DNA of 63,543 nucleotides from an uncultured Flavobacteriaceae bacterium (lineage in GTDB: Bacteria; Bacteroidota; Bacteroidia; Flavobacteriales; Flavobacteriaceae). Below, piece by piece: positions 29,735 to 39,194 of the stretch. Both the position numbers and the translations under genes were made by a program. The DNA is taken from contig CAZJWI010000155.1 in assembly GCA_964549485.1 (NCBI GenBank), positions 1 to 63,543 of the forward strand, read 5' to 3'. The notes beneath the pieces are model-generated. The model was not told the DNA's origin and made no database searches. It saw only the letters and a list, made by a program, of their open reading frames with translations. Numbering within the stretch: the stretch's first letter is position 1; the number at the start of each line of letters is the position of its first letter.

Positions 29735-30532
29735 TTAATTATATAAAAAAGTATATCCTATGGCGATAAGCCCTACCAAGAGACAATAAAGCGCAAAATA
29801 AGTCAATTTGCTCTGCTTAACCAGTTTAATCATCCATGTACAGGCTATCAAACCAGCAATAAAGGCGGCGGCAAAACCTATTAATAACACCGAGATATTA
29901 CCGGCGTCTGTGGTTAATGCACCGTCTGTGATGTCTTTGGCTATTTTACCCAAAATTAAAGGGATCACCATTAAGAATGAAAAACGCGCTGCCCTGCCTT
30001 TATCATTTCCTAATAGGACAGAAGTCGAAATTGTTGCACCGCTTCGCGATATTCCAGGAATCATAGCTACAGCCTGCGCAATCCCAATAACTACAGCATT
30101 GGTATAAGATACTTTTTTATTGGTGTTTTTGGCCTTATCGGCCAGCCACAACAAGAGAGCTGTAACAATGAGCATACAACCTACCAGAAGAATATTGCTC
30201 CCAAAGAGCGACTCCAATTCTTCTTCAAAAAACAATCCAATAATTACAGCAGGGATCATCGACAAAATAATTTTTACCGAAAATTGAGTTTCTTCATTCC
30301 ACCTAAAGGAAAACAAACCTTTTATGATATCAAGTATGTCTTTTCTAAATACCACTATGGTACTCAAGGCGGTCGCAAAATGCACCACAACAGTAAACAT
30401 CAGGCTTTCTTCTGGCACCGAAGTATCCCCTAATATAGCTTTACCCAATTCGAGATGACCACTGGAAGAAACAGGTAAAAATTCGGTAAGGCCCTGGATA
30501 ATTCCAAGTAGTAAGGCGTCTAGATTATTCAT
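29735..30532 (-). CDS. uppP: Undecaprenyl-diphosphate phosphatase
   Basis: QGLTEFLPVSSSGHL, PGISRSGAT. Confidence 0.96.
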   Translation of the reverse strand: MNNLDALLLGIIQGLTEFLPVSSSGHLELGKAILGDTSVPEESLMFTVVVHFATALSTIVVFRKDILDIIKGLFSFRWNEETQFSVKIILSMIPAVIIGLFFEEELESLFGSNILLVGCMLIVTALLLWLADKAKNTNKKVSYTNAVVIGIAQAVAMIPGISRSGATISTSVLLGNDKGRAARFSFLMVIPLILGKIAKDITDGALTTDAGNISVLLIGFAAAFIAGLIACTWMIKLVKQSKLTYFALYCLLVGLIAIGYTFLYN

Positions 30533-30567
30533 AGCCGCAAAGATAGGTTAGTAAAATAGAATTGACC

Positions 30568-30831
30568 CTACTTTGAAGTATTTGGATTGAGCAAGATAGC
30601 ATACACCTCTATCCCAAATCCGAGAAGGATGACCGCTGGTGCCAAACGAATACGTCGCCAAGAGTAGATTTCTGGATTAAATACCTCTGGGTTATCAGAC
30701 CCACCGCCAGACATTAAAATAAAACCAAGAGCGATTATCCCCAAACCTATAAGCATCCACTTATAATTCTTTTTTCCAAAAATAAATTCGGTTTGCTGCT
30801 TTTTTATTTCTTTTCGTTTTTGTTCTCCCAT
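30568..30831 (-). CDS. DUF3098 membrane protein
   Basis: F.KKNY, LMSGG, F...I...RI.LAP; start at MGEQK. Confidence 0.85.
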   Translation of the reverse strand: MGEQKRKEIKKQQTEFIFGKKNYKWMLIGLGIIALGFILMSGGGSDNPEVFNPEIYSWRRIRLAPAVILLGFGIEVYAILLNPNTSK

Positions 30832-31072
30832 AAGATAAGGGTGGTTTGCTACAACCACGATTTTAAAGTATTCCAAGCTCTATAAAGCCTCAAATTCTAT
30901 AAACACAAAGTTACATTTTTATTTAAAAGCCTAAACGATCTAGCAGGGCCATTTATGCAAGGCTTTTGTTGCAATCATTTGTCTTCTTCATTATAAACGC
31001 CAATAGGTCTGTTTTGGTTTGCAACCTTTTAAAAAATGTTTTCATCAAGCCTTTGTGGCGGCCAAATAATGG

Positions 31073-31951
31073 CTAATAATACAAATCGTCTGTACGCAAA
31101 TTTAAAAAGCGTTGTGTCGCAAAAAAAGTACTGAGCCAAGAGATAAAAATGCCTAAGACCAATATCAATCCAAACAAACCGCCTAAAAGAAGTGGGTCGT
31201 CCAATAATTGTAATTCTGGAAAGGTCTTATTGAGATAATACAATACAGCGGCCATTCCTATCATAGCAATAACAGCTCCTATGATACCCAACCTAACACT
31301 TTTCCAAATAAAGGGACGTCTTATAAAACGTTTGGTGGCCCCTACCATCTGCATGGTTTTTATGGTAAAGCGTTTGGCATAGACCGATAATCTAATCGAA
31401 CTATTGATCAAAAGCACAGCAATAAAGGTGAATACCCCACTTATGACAAGTACCCAAAGACTAATTTTTTTGATATTATCATTGAGCAGTGTGATCAAAG
31501 GCTGACTGTAAGACACTTCTTCTACAAAGTCTTTGGAAGATATTTCGGCAGCGATCTCAGCTACTTTTTCTGTAGAGACAAAATCGGCATTGAGATTGAG
31601 ATCTATGCTGTTCATCAAGGGGTTCTCGCCTACCGTTTCTACAAAATTTTCACCCAATTCTTCAGAGTGAATTTCGGCAGCACGTTCTTTGGAGACAAAC
31701 ACTATCGATTTGGTATACTCTGCCAAGGCGAGACTTTTCTCTAATTGCTTCATTTCAACTTCTTTGGCCGTGTCTTTAAAAAAGATACCTACAGGAACAT
31801 TTTCTTTAAAATAATCGGCTACTTTTTTGGTGTTCAGTACCAACATTCCCAAAAGCCCAAGCAGAAACAACACCAAGGCAATACTAACCACCACCGAAAA
31901 ATAAGAAGTGATCAATTTGCGTTTTTGATATTTTTCAAAAGATAATGCCAT
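31073..31951 (-). CDS. ftsX: Cell division permease FtsX
   Basis: NPL, IRL...KRF.I.TMQ.VGAT..FI..PF. Confidence 0.92.
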   Translation of the reverse strand: MALSFEKYQKRKLITSYFSVVVSIALVLFLLGLLGMLVLNTKKVADYFKENVPVGIFFKDTAKEVEMKQLEKSLALAEYTKSIVFVSKERAAEIHSEELGENFVETVGENPLMNSIDLNLNADFVSTEKVAEIAAEISSKDFVEEVSYSQPLITLLNDNIKKISLWVLVISGVFTFIAVLLINSSIRLSVYAKRFTIKTMQMVGATKRFIRRPFIWKSVRLGIIGAVIAMIGMAAVLYYLNKTFPELQLLDDPLLLGGLFGLILVLGIFISWLSTFFATQRFLNLRTDDLYY

Positions 31952-32238
31952 ATGCTACAACTAAAGTTGTAAAAGTATAAAATCATGTGCTACCAACCGC
32001 ATAATTATCTGGCAGGCTTTTTTGGGCGTACAAGGCACATGAATTAGTTGGATAACGCAAGTATACCCAAACTTCTTACACTGGTGTGTATTATTAGGAT
32101 CTGAATATATTTTGATACCGATACTCCCCCTTGGAGCTACCCCTTTAAAAGATAGCGCAAGTAGGTAATTTTTGAAGCTAGCGACCATTCCGGCAAGAAT
32201 AAGGATTCTAGAATGGTCCTTGTCTTCTTTAAAAATCG

Positions 32239-32246
32239 TAAATTTG
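32239..32246 (+). promoter_or_regulatory. -7 promoter box for leuS
   Basis: TAAATTTG. Confidence 0.6.
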
Positions 32247-32334
32247 CCGCCTTAAAATGGCCTTATCCAAGATGGTAGCTCGTTATATAGGATAATTAAG
32301 CCGTAGCCTTAAACAACGCATAGGACAGTATATC

Positions 32335-35205
32335 ATGAAATATCATTTCAACGAAATTGAAGCCAAATGGCAGAAATATTGGTCAGAAAACGGCACTTTT
32401 GAAGCAGCAAACCAAAGCGATAAACCCAAATTTTATGTACTCGACATGTTTCCCTATCCTTCGGGGGCCGGACTGCATGTAGGGCATCCACTAGGTTATA
32501 TTGCCAGTGATATTTATGCGCGTTTTAAACGTCATCAAGGATTTAATGTTCTTCACCCACAAGGCTACGATTCTTTTGGGCTGCCGGCAGAGCAGTACGC
32601 CATTCAAACTGGGCAACACCCGGCCATCACCACCAGAGATAATATTGCCAGATATCGCAAACAGCTCGATGCCATTGGGTTCTCTTTTGATTGGAGTCGT
32701 GAGGTGCGTACCTCAGATCCAAATTATTACAAATGGACGCAGTGGATATTTACTGAGCTATTTCATTCGTGGTATAACTTCACCACCAATAAGGCAGAGT
32801 CAATAGAAAGTCTGGTTAGCGCTTTCGCGAAAGCGGGGAATAGCAATATTAATGCCGCCTGTGACGATGATACCCCTTTATTTACAGCAGAGCAGTGGGC
32901 TGGTTTTGACAGCAAACAACAGCAAGAAATCTTACTCAAATACCGCTTGACCTTTCTCGCAGAAACCGAAGTAAATTGGTGTCCAGCCTTAGGAACTGTA
33001 TTGGCCAATGATGAGATCATCAATGGCGTTTCTGAACGTGGTGGACACCCTGTGATTCGTAAGAAAATGACCCAATGGTCGATGCGTATCTCGGCCTATG
33101 CCGAACGCTTGTTGCAAGGTCTGGAAAAGATTGATTGGAGCGAATCGATTAAGGAGACACAGCGCAATTGGATTGGAAAATCTGTGGGTGCGACTGTAAG
33201 TTTTAATTTACAGGATCACGATGCGCATATCGATGTTTTTACTACTCGACCTGATACCATTTTTGGGGTGAGCTTTATGACGCTAGCACCAGAGCATGAA
33301 TTGGTAGAACGCATTACCACTCCAGAACAAAAGCAAGCCGTACAAGATTATATACAGGCCACAGCCAAGCGCTCAGAACGCGAACGCATGGCCGATGTAA
33401 AGTCTATTAGTGGGGTGTTTACAGGAGCTTATGCCCTGCACCCATTTAGTCAAGAGCCCATCCCAATCTGGATAGGTGATTATGTTCTGGCAGGGTATGG
33501 AACTGAAGCCGTTATGGCCGTGCCTTGTGGCGACCAGAGAGATTATGATTTTGCCAAACATTTTGACCTACCTATACCCAATGTTTTTCAAGGGGTTGAT
33601 ATTTCAGAACAAGCTTATGCAGACAAAGCGGGTACAATTATCGCTAATTCAGACTTTCTAAATGGTTTGCCGTATAAAAAGGCCGTAAAACTTGCGATTT
33701 TTGAACTTGAGAAGATAGGAGCTGGAAGAGGCAAAACCAATTACCGCTTGCGTGATGCAGTTTTTAGCAGGCAACGTTATTGGGGAGAGCCTTTCCCTGT
33801 GTACTTTAAGGATGGCATACCCGAAATGATTGCTCAAGAGCACTTGCCTATCACGCTTCCTGAGGTTGAAAAATACCTGCCTACAGAAGAAGGTGAGCCT
33901 CCTCTGGGACGCGCCGAAAACTGGGCATGGGACAGCACTAAAAATAAAGTGGTTTCTAATGGTTTGATAGATCATAAAACCGTATTTCCGCTAGAGCTCA
34001 ACACTATGCCAGGTTGGGCAGGTAGTAGTTGGTATTTTTTCAGATATATGGAAAAAGCTAAGCGCGATACGATTTTTGCATCCGAAGAGGCACTTGATTA
34101 TTGGAAAAATGTCGATTTATACATTGGAGGATCGGAACACGCAACAGGTCATTTGCTCTATGCCCGCTTTTGGGTAAAGTTTTTATACGATCGCGGTCTT
34201 GTGCCTGTTGATGAGCCCTTCCAAAAAATGATCAATCAAGGGATGATCTTGGGAGAAAGTGCCATCATCTATCGCAAGAATGATAGCAATACTTATATCT
34301 CACATGGCATCTTAAAAGACAATGATGATTATCAGCCTATTCGCGTTGATGTCTCTATGGTCAATACTTCCAATGAGTTAGATATTCAAAAATGTATGGC
34401 ATGGCGTCAAGAGTTTAAAGACGCTCAATTTGTTTTAGAAAACCACGAAATATACGATCCCAATAATGACGCTCACGGTCAAGCCGAAGCTGTGTTTAAG
34501 GTGAATCGCGAGGTAGAAAAAATGTCAAAGTCTAAATTTAATGTGGTCAATCCCGATGACATATGTTCCCAGTATGGAGCAGATACTTTGCGAATGTATG
34601 AGATGTTTTTGGGCCCGTTAGAGCAATCTAAACCCTGGAATACGGCAGGAATTACCGGGGTGCACAACTTCTTGAAGAAGTTTTGGAAGCTCTTTCACTC
34701 TGGTGATAACAATAGCTTTGAAGTAAGTGATGCCCAGCCTACAAAAGACAACCTTAAGACGTTGCACAAAACGATTAAAAAAGTACAGGACGATATCGAA
34801 TCCTTTAGTTTTAATACCTCGGTGTCTACTTTTATGATTGCTACTAACGAGCTTGCAGCTCAAAAGTGTCAATCGCGAGCCATTTTAGAGCCGCTTGCGG
34901 TATTGATTTCGCCATATGCGCCTCATATCGCTGAAGAATTATGGGCCAAACTAGGGCATTCTCAATCTATTGCCAATGAGGCTTTCCCTCTCTTTGATGA
35001 CAAACACTTGATTGAGAGCACTAAGAATTATCCCATTTCATTTAATGGTAAAATGAAATTTACCTTAGAATTGCCTTTGGATATGAGTAAAGATGAAATT
35101 GAACAAGTTGTCATGGCTCATGAAAAAACAAAAATGTATCTCAATGGCCGCACACCCAAGAAGGTAATTATTGTTCCAGGGAAAATTGTAAACCTGGTAG
35201 GTTAA
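32335..35205 (+). CDS. leuS: Leucine--tRNA ligase
   Basis: MFPYPSGAGLHVGH, FTTRPDT, SRQRYWG, KMSKS. Confidence 0.98.
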   Translation: MKYHFNEIEAKWQKYWSENGTFEAANQSDKPKFYVLDMFPYPSGAGLHVGHPLGYIASDIYARFKRHQGFNVLHPQGYDSFGLPAEQYAIQTGQHPAITTRDNIARYRKQLDAIGFSFDWSREVRTSDPNYYKWTQWIFTELFHSWYNFTTNKAESIESLVSAFAKAGNSNINAACDDDTPLFTAEQWAGFDSKQQQEILLKYRLTFLAETEVNWCPALGTVLANDEIINGVSERGGHPVIRKKMTQWSMRISAYAERLLQGLEKIDWSESIKETQRNWIGKSVGATVSFNLQDHDAHIDVFTTRPDTIFGVSFMTLAPEHELVERITTPEQKQAVQDYIQATAKRSERERMADVKSISGVFTGAYALHPFSQEPIPIWIGDYVLAGYGTEAVMAVPCGDQRDYDFAKHFDLPIPNVFQGVDISEQAYADKAGTIIANSDFLNGLPYKKAVKLAIFELEKIGAGRGKTNYRLRDAVFSRQRYWGEPFPVYFKDGIPEMIAQEHLPITLPEVEKYLPTEEGEPPLGRAENWAWDSTKNKVVSNGLIDHKTVFPLELNTMPGWAGSSWYFFRYMEKAKRDTIFASEEALDYWKNVDLYIGGSEHATGHLLYARFWVKFLYDRGLVPVDEPFQKMINQGMILGESAIIYRKNDSNTYISHGILKDNDDYQPIRVDVSMVNTSNELDIQKCMAWRQEFKDAQFVLENHEIYDPNNDAHGQAEAVFKVNREVEKMSKSKFNVVNPDDICSQYGADTLRMYEMFLGPLEQSKPWNTAGITGVHNFLKKFWKLFHSGDNNSFEVSDAQPTKDNLKTLHKTIKKVQDDIESFSFNTSVSTFMIATNELAAQKCQSRAILEPLAVLISPYAPHIAEELWAKLGHSQSIANEAFPLFDDKHLIESTKNYPISFNGKMKFTLELPLDMSKDEIEQVVMAHEKTKMYLNGRTPKKVIIVPGKIVNLVG
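32820..32835. repeat. Extended 16-bp palindrome CGCTTTCGCGAAAGCG in leuS (AFAKA)
   Basis: Read directly. Confidence 0.95.
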
Positions 35206-35241
35206 GGGCGTTAGCTACCTTAAATGATCGATATAGAAATC

Positions 35242-35505
35242 ATGGAAATTGACCCGATAGAGATTCTTGGACTCATAGCTGCTGGCTTAACAACCTCCGC
35301 ATTTTTGCCGCAGGTGTATAAGACTTGGAAAACCAAAGATGTATCTGGATTATCCCTCCCGATGTTCTCCATATTCTTTGCAGGCATAGTGTTATGGTTT
35401 ATCTATGGGATTTATATCGATAGTATTTCAATGATTCTGGCTAACGGCATTACCATCATCTCATCTTTGCTCTTGATTGTGTTTATCCTTAAATATAGGT
35501 CTTAG
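35242..35505 (+). CDS. SemiSWEET sugar transporter
   Basis: G..A..LTT.AFLPQ..K, S, W..YG, AN; start could be 35224. Confidence 0.9.
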   Translation: MEIDPIEILGLIAAGLTTSAFLPQVYKTWKTKDVSGLSLPMFSIFFAGIVLWFIYGIYIDSISMILANGITIISSLLLIVFILKYRS

Positions 35506-35580
35506 CGTTATTAATGAATGAGATAAGACACAGGCCTTCCTTTTAATCTTCGTATTTTTAAAGCAATAAAAAAGTAAAAC

Positions 35581-36282
35581 ATGTTAACGGGATATTGGGG
35601 ATATACCATATTGGGCGTAGCCATTGCTTTAATAAGTGGCTTAGTGAGCAGCAAGCTCAAAAGTAAATTTAATTATTATTCTAAAGTACGCTTGAGTAAT
35701 GGGCTTTCTGGTCGTCAGATTGCAGAAAAAATGTTGCTAGACAATGGCATCAGAGATGTCAAAGTGGTATCAGTGCAAGGTCAGCTTACAGACCATTACA
35801 ATCCAGCCAATAAGACAGTTAATTTGAGCGAAGCAGTTTACGAGCAGCGCAATGCCGCCGCCGCTGCTGTCGCAGCCCACGAATGTGGTCACGCCATACA
35901 GCATGCTACCGCTTATAATTGGCTAAAAATGCGTTCGGCTTTGGTACCCGTGGTCAGTATCTCTTCTAGGATGTCTACCTGGGTCATTTTGGGTGGGCTT
36001 ATGCTAATGGCTACCACCTCCATAGGCGGTACTGTTGCTCTTATTGGGCTACTGCTCTACGCCATGCAGACCCTATTTAGCTTTATTACGCTACCCGTAG
36101 AGTACGACGCTTCCAATCGAGCGCTAGCCTGGCTAGAGCGTGAACAAATGGTAACTAGAGAAGAATACGCTGGCGCCAAAGATGCCTTAAAATGGGCTGC
36201 TAGAACCTATGTAGTTGCGGCTATTGGCTCTTTAGCTACCTTACTGTATTTTGCGTTGCAAGTTTTTGGTAGCAGGCGTTAA
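35581..36282 (+). CDS. YugP-like zinc metallopeptidase
   Basis: LTDHYNP, VAAHECGHA.QH, TLPVE.DAS.RA, AA.TYV. Confidence 0.9.
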   Translation: MLTGYWGYTILGVAIALISGLVSSKLKSKFNYYSKVRLSNGLSGRQIAEKMLLDNGIRDVKVVSVQGQLTDHYNPANKTVNLSEAVYEQRNAAAAAVAAHECGHAIQHATAYNWLKMRSALVPVVSISSRMSTWVILGGLMLMATTSIGGTVALIGLLLYAMQTLFSFITLPVEYDASNRALAWLEREQMVTREEYAGAKDALKWAARTYVVAAIGSLATLLYFALQVFGSRR

Positions 36283-36353
36283 GTAGCTGCAATAGTGCAC
36301 TAGTGTAAAGGCTAACTGTAGAAGTCTCTGCATACATTTAGATTTTGAGCCTT

Positions 36354-36377
36354 AGTTTGCTTTCGCGAAAGCAAACT
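36354..36377. repeat. 24-bp perfect intergenic palindrome AGTTTGCTTTCGCGAAAGCAAACT
   Basis: Read directly; contains the 14-mer at 36359-36372. Confidence 0.95.
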
Positions 36378-36553
36378 TGCGAGCTACCTGACAAAATGAA
36401 ATAGCGTGGTTATTATGTCATCAGAAATGATCAACGTCATTATGACAGTGAATGACGCTATAACCAAAGTTGATACAAGGGGTGTAAGCTTTGGCAAAAT
36501 ATTTGACTAAGTTTGTACATTAAAACAAAAAAAAACAATTTAAATATATAGTT

Positions 36554-36871
36554 ATGGCATTAGAAATAACAGATGCGACATTTGAAGAAACAGTATTAAA
36601 AAGCGATAAGCCTGTATTAGTAGATTTTTGGGCAGCTTGGTGTGGCCCATGTCGTATGGTTGGTCCAGTTATCGAAGAAATTTCTGGAGAGTACGAAGGA
36701 AAAGCAGTAGTTGGAAAAGTTGACGTTGATGCAAATCAAGAATTTGCGGCCAAATACGGTGTACGTAATATCCCTACAGTTTTGATGTTTAAAGACGGAG
36801 AAGTTGTTGGACGTCAAGTAGGAGTTGCTCCAAAAAATGTATATACAGAGGCAATAGACGGATTATTATAG
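36554..36871 (+). CDS. trxA: Thioredoxin
   Basis: WCGPC active site. Confidence 0.97.
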   Translation: MALEITDATFEETVLKSDKPVLVDFWAAWCGPCRMVGPVIEEISGEYEGKAVVGKVDVDANQEFAAKYGVRNIPTVLMFKDGEVVGRQVGVAPKNVYTEAIDGLL

Positions 36872-36892
36872 GCTCAGGTCTTAAGATAATTG

Positions 36893-36923
36893 AAAAGGTT
36901 TGGTGTAGTGCCAAACCTTTTTT
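36893..36923 (+). terminator. Intrinsic terminator
   Basis: AAAAGGTTTGG...CCAAACCTTTTTT. Confidence 0.85.
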
Positions 36924-37080
36924 ATTTTTAACTACCTCAGACAATAGGTGTACTGCTATCTGCACACTTAAATAGTGCGTATCTCAATAGTAAGTGATGC
37001 CATTGTGTATTGAGACAGTTTAACAAAAGGTAGCATTGGTATTGATGCCCTGAAATTACATCCAGAAACTGGATTTTTAT

Positions 37081-37629
37081 ATGGAAAAGAAAACAAAAGT
37101 ACAAGACGCTATTGATCATCAACAACTCCAGGATCGAAGAATTTTTCTATGGGGACAAGTAGATGATAAAAGTGCAAAACACGTAGTAGACCGATTGCTC
37201 TACTTAGACAGTATAAGCAATGACGAAATACAACTTTTTATCAATAGTCCAGGAGGATATGTGACTGCTGGATTTTCGATGTATGATACGATACAAATAA
37301 TTAAAAGTCCGGTATCTACAATATGTACTGGGCTGGCAGCCAGTATGGGATCTATACTATTATCGGCCGGAGAAAAGGGTCGACGATTTATACAACCTCA
37401 TGCCCGTGTAATGATACATCAGCCTTCTGGTGGAGCTCGAGGACAGGCAAGTGATATAGAAATTACCGCTCAGGAAATTGTAAAAACAAAAGAATTAAGC
37501 GCCCAGATTCTTGCCGATAATTGCGGGCAGTCTTTTGATAAGGTGATGAAAGATTTCCAGAGAGATCATTGGATGGGTGCCGAAGAATCTGTTGACTACG
37601 GCATTGTTGACGGGGTTTTTCAAGGATAA
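37081..37629 (+). CDS. clpP: ClpP-family protease
   Basis: INSPGG, GLAASMGS, MIHQP, RDHW catalytic motifs. Confidence 0.93.
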   Translation: MEKKTKVQDAIDHQQLQDRRIFLWGQVDDKSAKHVVDRLLYLDSISNDEIQLFINSPGGYVTAGFSMYDTIQIIKSPVSTICTGLAASMGSILLSAGEKGRRFIQPHARVMIHQPSGGARGQASDIEITAQEIVKTKELSAQILADNCGQSFDKVMKDFQRDHWMGAEESVDYGIVDGVFQG

Positions 37630-37684
37630 TCATCTTTTATTTTTGCGATAGGTGCAGGTATAAGAGATATAAAACACAATTAGT

Positions 37685-37900
37685 ATGGAACTTATCTTTA
37701 TGGTAGCTATCGTCTTTTTTGCAACGGTAGTGCTACTCTTACACAGAGCAGTGCTCCAAATGAATGGCAAAAGCTTAAGTAAAAAGGCCAGTACCAATGC
37801 AAGATTTTACCATTGGAACTGGCTACTACTCATCGGAGGTCTTGCCACCGCTTTATTTATCGGTGTTCTAAGGTGGACTGGTGTTCTTGCTTTGGTCTAG
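37685..37900 (+). CDS. Small two-TM hypothetical protein
   Basis: 71-aa ORF with two hydrophobic segments filling the intergenic gap. Confidence 0.5.
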   Translation: MELIFMVAIVFFATVVLLLHRAVLQMNGKSLSKKASTNARFYHWNWLLLIGGLATALFIGVLRWTGVLALV

Positions 37901-37963
37901 AACGAGCTAATATTTGGACAAAATTGAACACCAACTCACATCAAAAGGGATGCCTTCCTGCCT

Positions 37964-38914
37964 ATGGATATTCAACAAGAATTAAATAAGAGCTCAGGCT
38001 TTGGAAATCTAGAATTACTAGCACGTCAGGTGGTAGAGGGCTTTATTTCTGGGATGCACAAAAGTCCCTTTCATGGGTTTTCTGCAGAATTTGCAGAGCA
38101 CAAAGTGTACAATACGGGAGAGAGCACCAAGCATATCGATTGGAAGCTCTACGCCAAAACGGATAGGCTGTATACCAAACGTTATGAAGAGGAAACCAAT
38201 CTGCGTTGTCACCTCATTCTCGACAATAGTAGCTCGATGCATTATCCCGAGGTCAAAGCGTATAATATCTCCAACCTAAATAAAATCAGTTTTGCAGCTC
38301 TCGCCAGTGCCGCCATTATGAATTTGATGAAAAAGCAGCGCGATGCGGTTGGAATGAGTATATACAGTGATACTTATGAATATTATGTAGGTGAAAAGGG
38401 CAGCGATAGACACCACCATATGCTTTTAGATACCCTTAATGGGTTGTTAGATCCAGCTTTCGCGAAAGCAAATAGCCAAGCGGCGGCTCGTCAAACAGAC
38501 ACCTATAAACACCTGCATCTGATAGCCGAAAAATTAAAGCGACGTTCGTTGGTATTTCTTTTTTCGGATATGTTTCAAAGTGATGTTGAACAAGAAGCCC
38601 TATTTGAAGCCTTGCAACATTTAAAATATAATAAACACGAGGTGATTCTCTTTCACACTTATAGCAAGACCAAAGAATATAACTTTGACTTTTCTAATAC
38701 ACCTAAAAAATACGTCGATGTAGAGACTGGAGCACAGGTCAACCTCTACGCCGATTCAATAAGGGATATTTACACTTCGGCGGTTCAAACCTACTTTAAA
38801 AACCTGCAACTCAAGTGTGCACAATACCGCATAAAGTATATCCCAGCCGAAATTGAAAAGGGCTTCCACCCTATCTTGACAACATTTCTAGTAGAACGTC
38901 AAAAATTTGTGTAA
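37964..38914 (+). CDS. DUF58 domain protein
   Basis: G.H.SPFHG.S.EF.EH, IDWK.YAKTD, D.S.SM, SD. Confidence 0.92.
   Translation: MDIQQELNKSSGFGNLELLARQVVEGFISGMHKSPFHGFSAEFAEHKVYNTGESTKHIDWKLYAKTDRLYTKRYEEETNLRCHLILDNSSSMHYPEVKAYNISNLNKISFAALASAAIMNLMKKQRDAVGMSIYSDTYEYYVGEKGSDRHHHMLLDTLNGLLDPAFAKANSQAAARQTDTYKHLHLIAEKLKRRSLVFLFSDMFQSDVEQEALFEALQHLKYNKHEVILFHTYSKTKEYNFDFSNTPKKYVDVETGAQVNLYADSIRDIYTSAVQTYFKNLQLKCAQYRIKYIPAEIEKGFHPILTTFLVERQKFV
38456..38469. repeat. Palindrome GCTTTCGCGAAAGC, perfect copy in DUF58 gene (AFAKA)
   Basis: Read directly. Confidence 0.95.
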
Positions 38915-38979
38915 TTTTTTTAAAAAAAGGTTTGCACAAAGAAAAAGAGCGTGTATATTTGCACCCGCAACAGCGCAAC

Positions 38980-39053
38980 GGTCTGGTAGTTCAGCTGGTT
39001 AGAATATCTGCCTGTCACGCAGGGGGTCGCGGGTTCGAGTCCCGTCCAGACCG
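38980..39053 (+). tRNA. tRNA-Asp(GTC)
   Basis: Cloverleaf GGTCTGG/CCAGACC, anticodon loop CT-GTC-AC, GTTCGAGT; TATATTTG box at 38954; CCA not encoded. Confidence 0.97.
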
Positions 39054-39054
39054 C

Positions 39055-39082
39055 AAAAAAGCCCACAGTCCGTGGGCTTTTT
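39055..39082 (+). terminator. Terminator after tRNA-Asp
   Basis: AAAAAGCCCAC-agtcc-GTGGGCTTTTT. Confidence 0.85.
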
Positions 39083-39164
39083 GTTTTTACAGCAAGATGT
39101 AAAGCAAAAAGATGTTGTGTTGGCCACGTCTCACGTGGTAGGATTTGTAGTTGAATCCGATGAG

Positions 39165-39194
39165 AAGCTTTTCCTGTTAGGAAAGGCTTTTTTT
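39165..39194 (+). terminator. Second terminator between the tRNAs
   Basis: AAGCTTTTCCT-gtt-AGGAAAGGCTT plus T run. Confidence 0.7.

Noticed and set aside
31961-32188. 75-aa ORF between ftsX and leuS
   Set aside because: No recognisable motifs; overlaps divergent promoter region
32247-32334. T-box or SAM-I element before leuS (CTTATCCAAGA)
   Set aside because: Too short, lacks T-box and SAM-I core motifs
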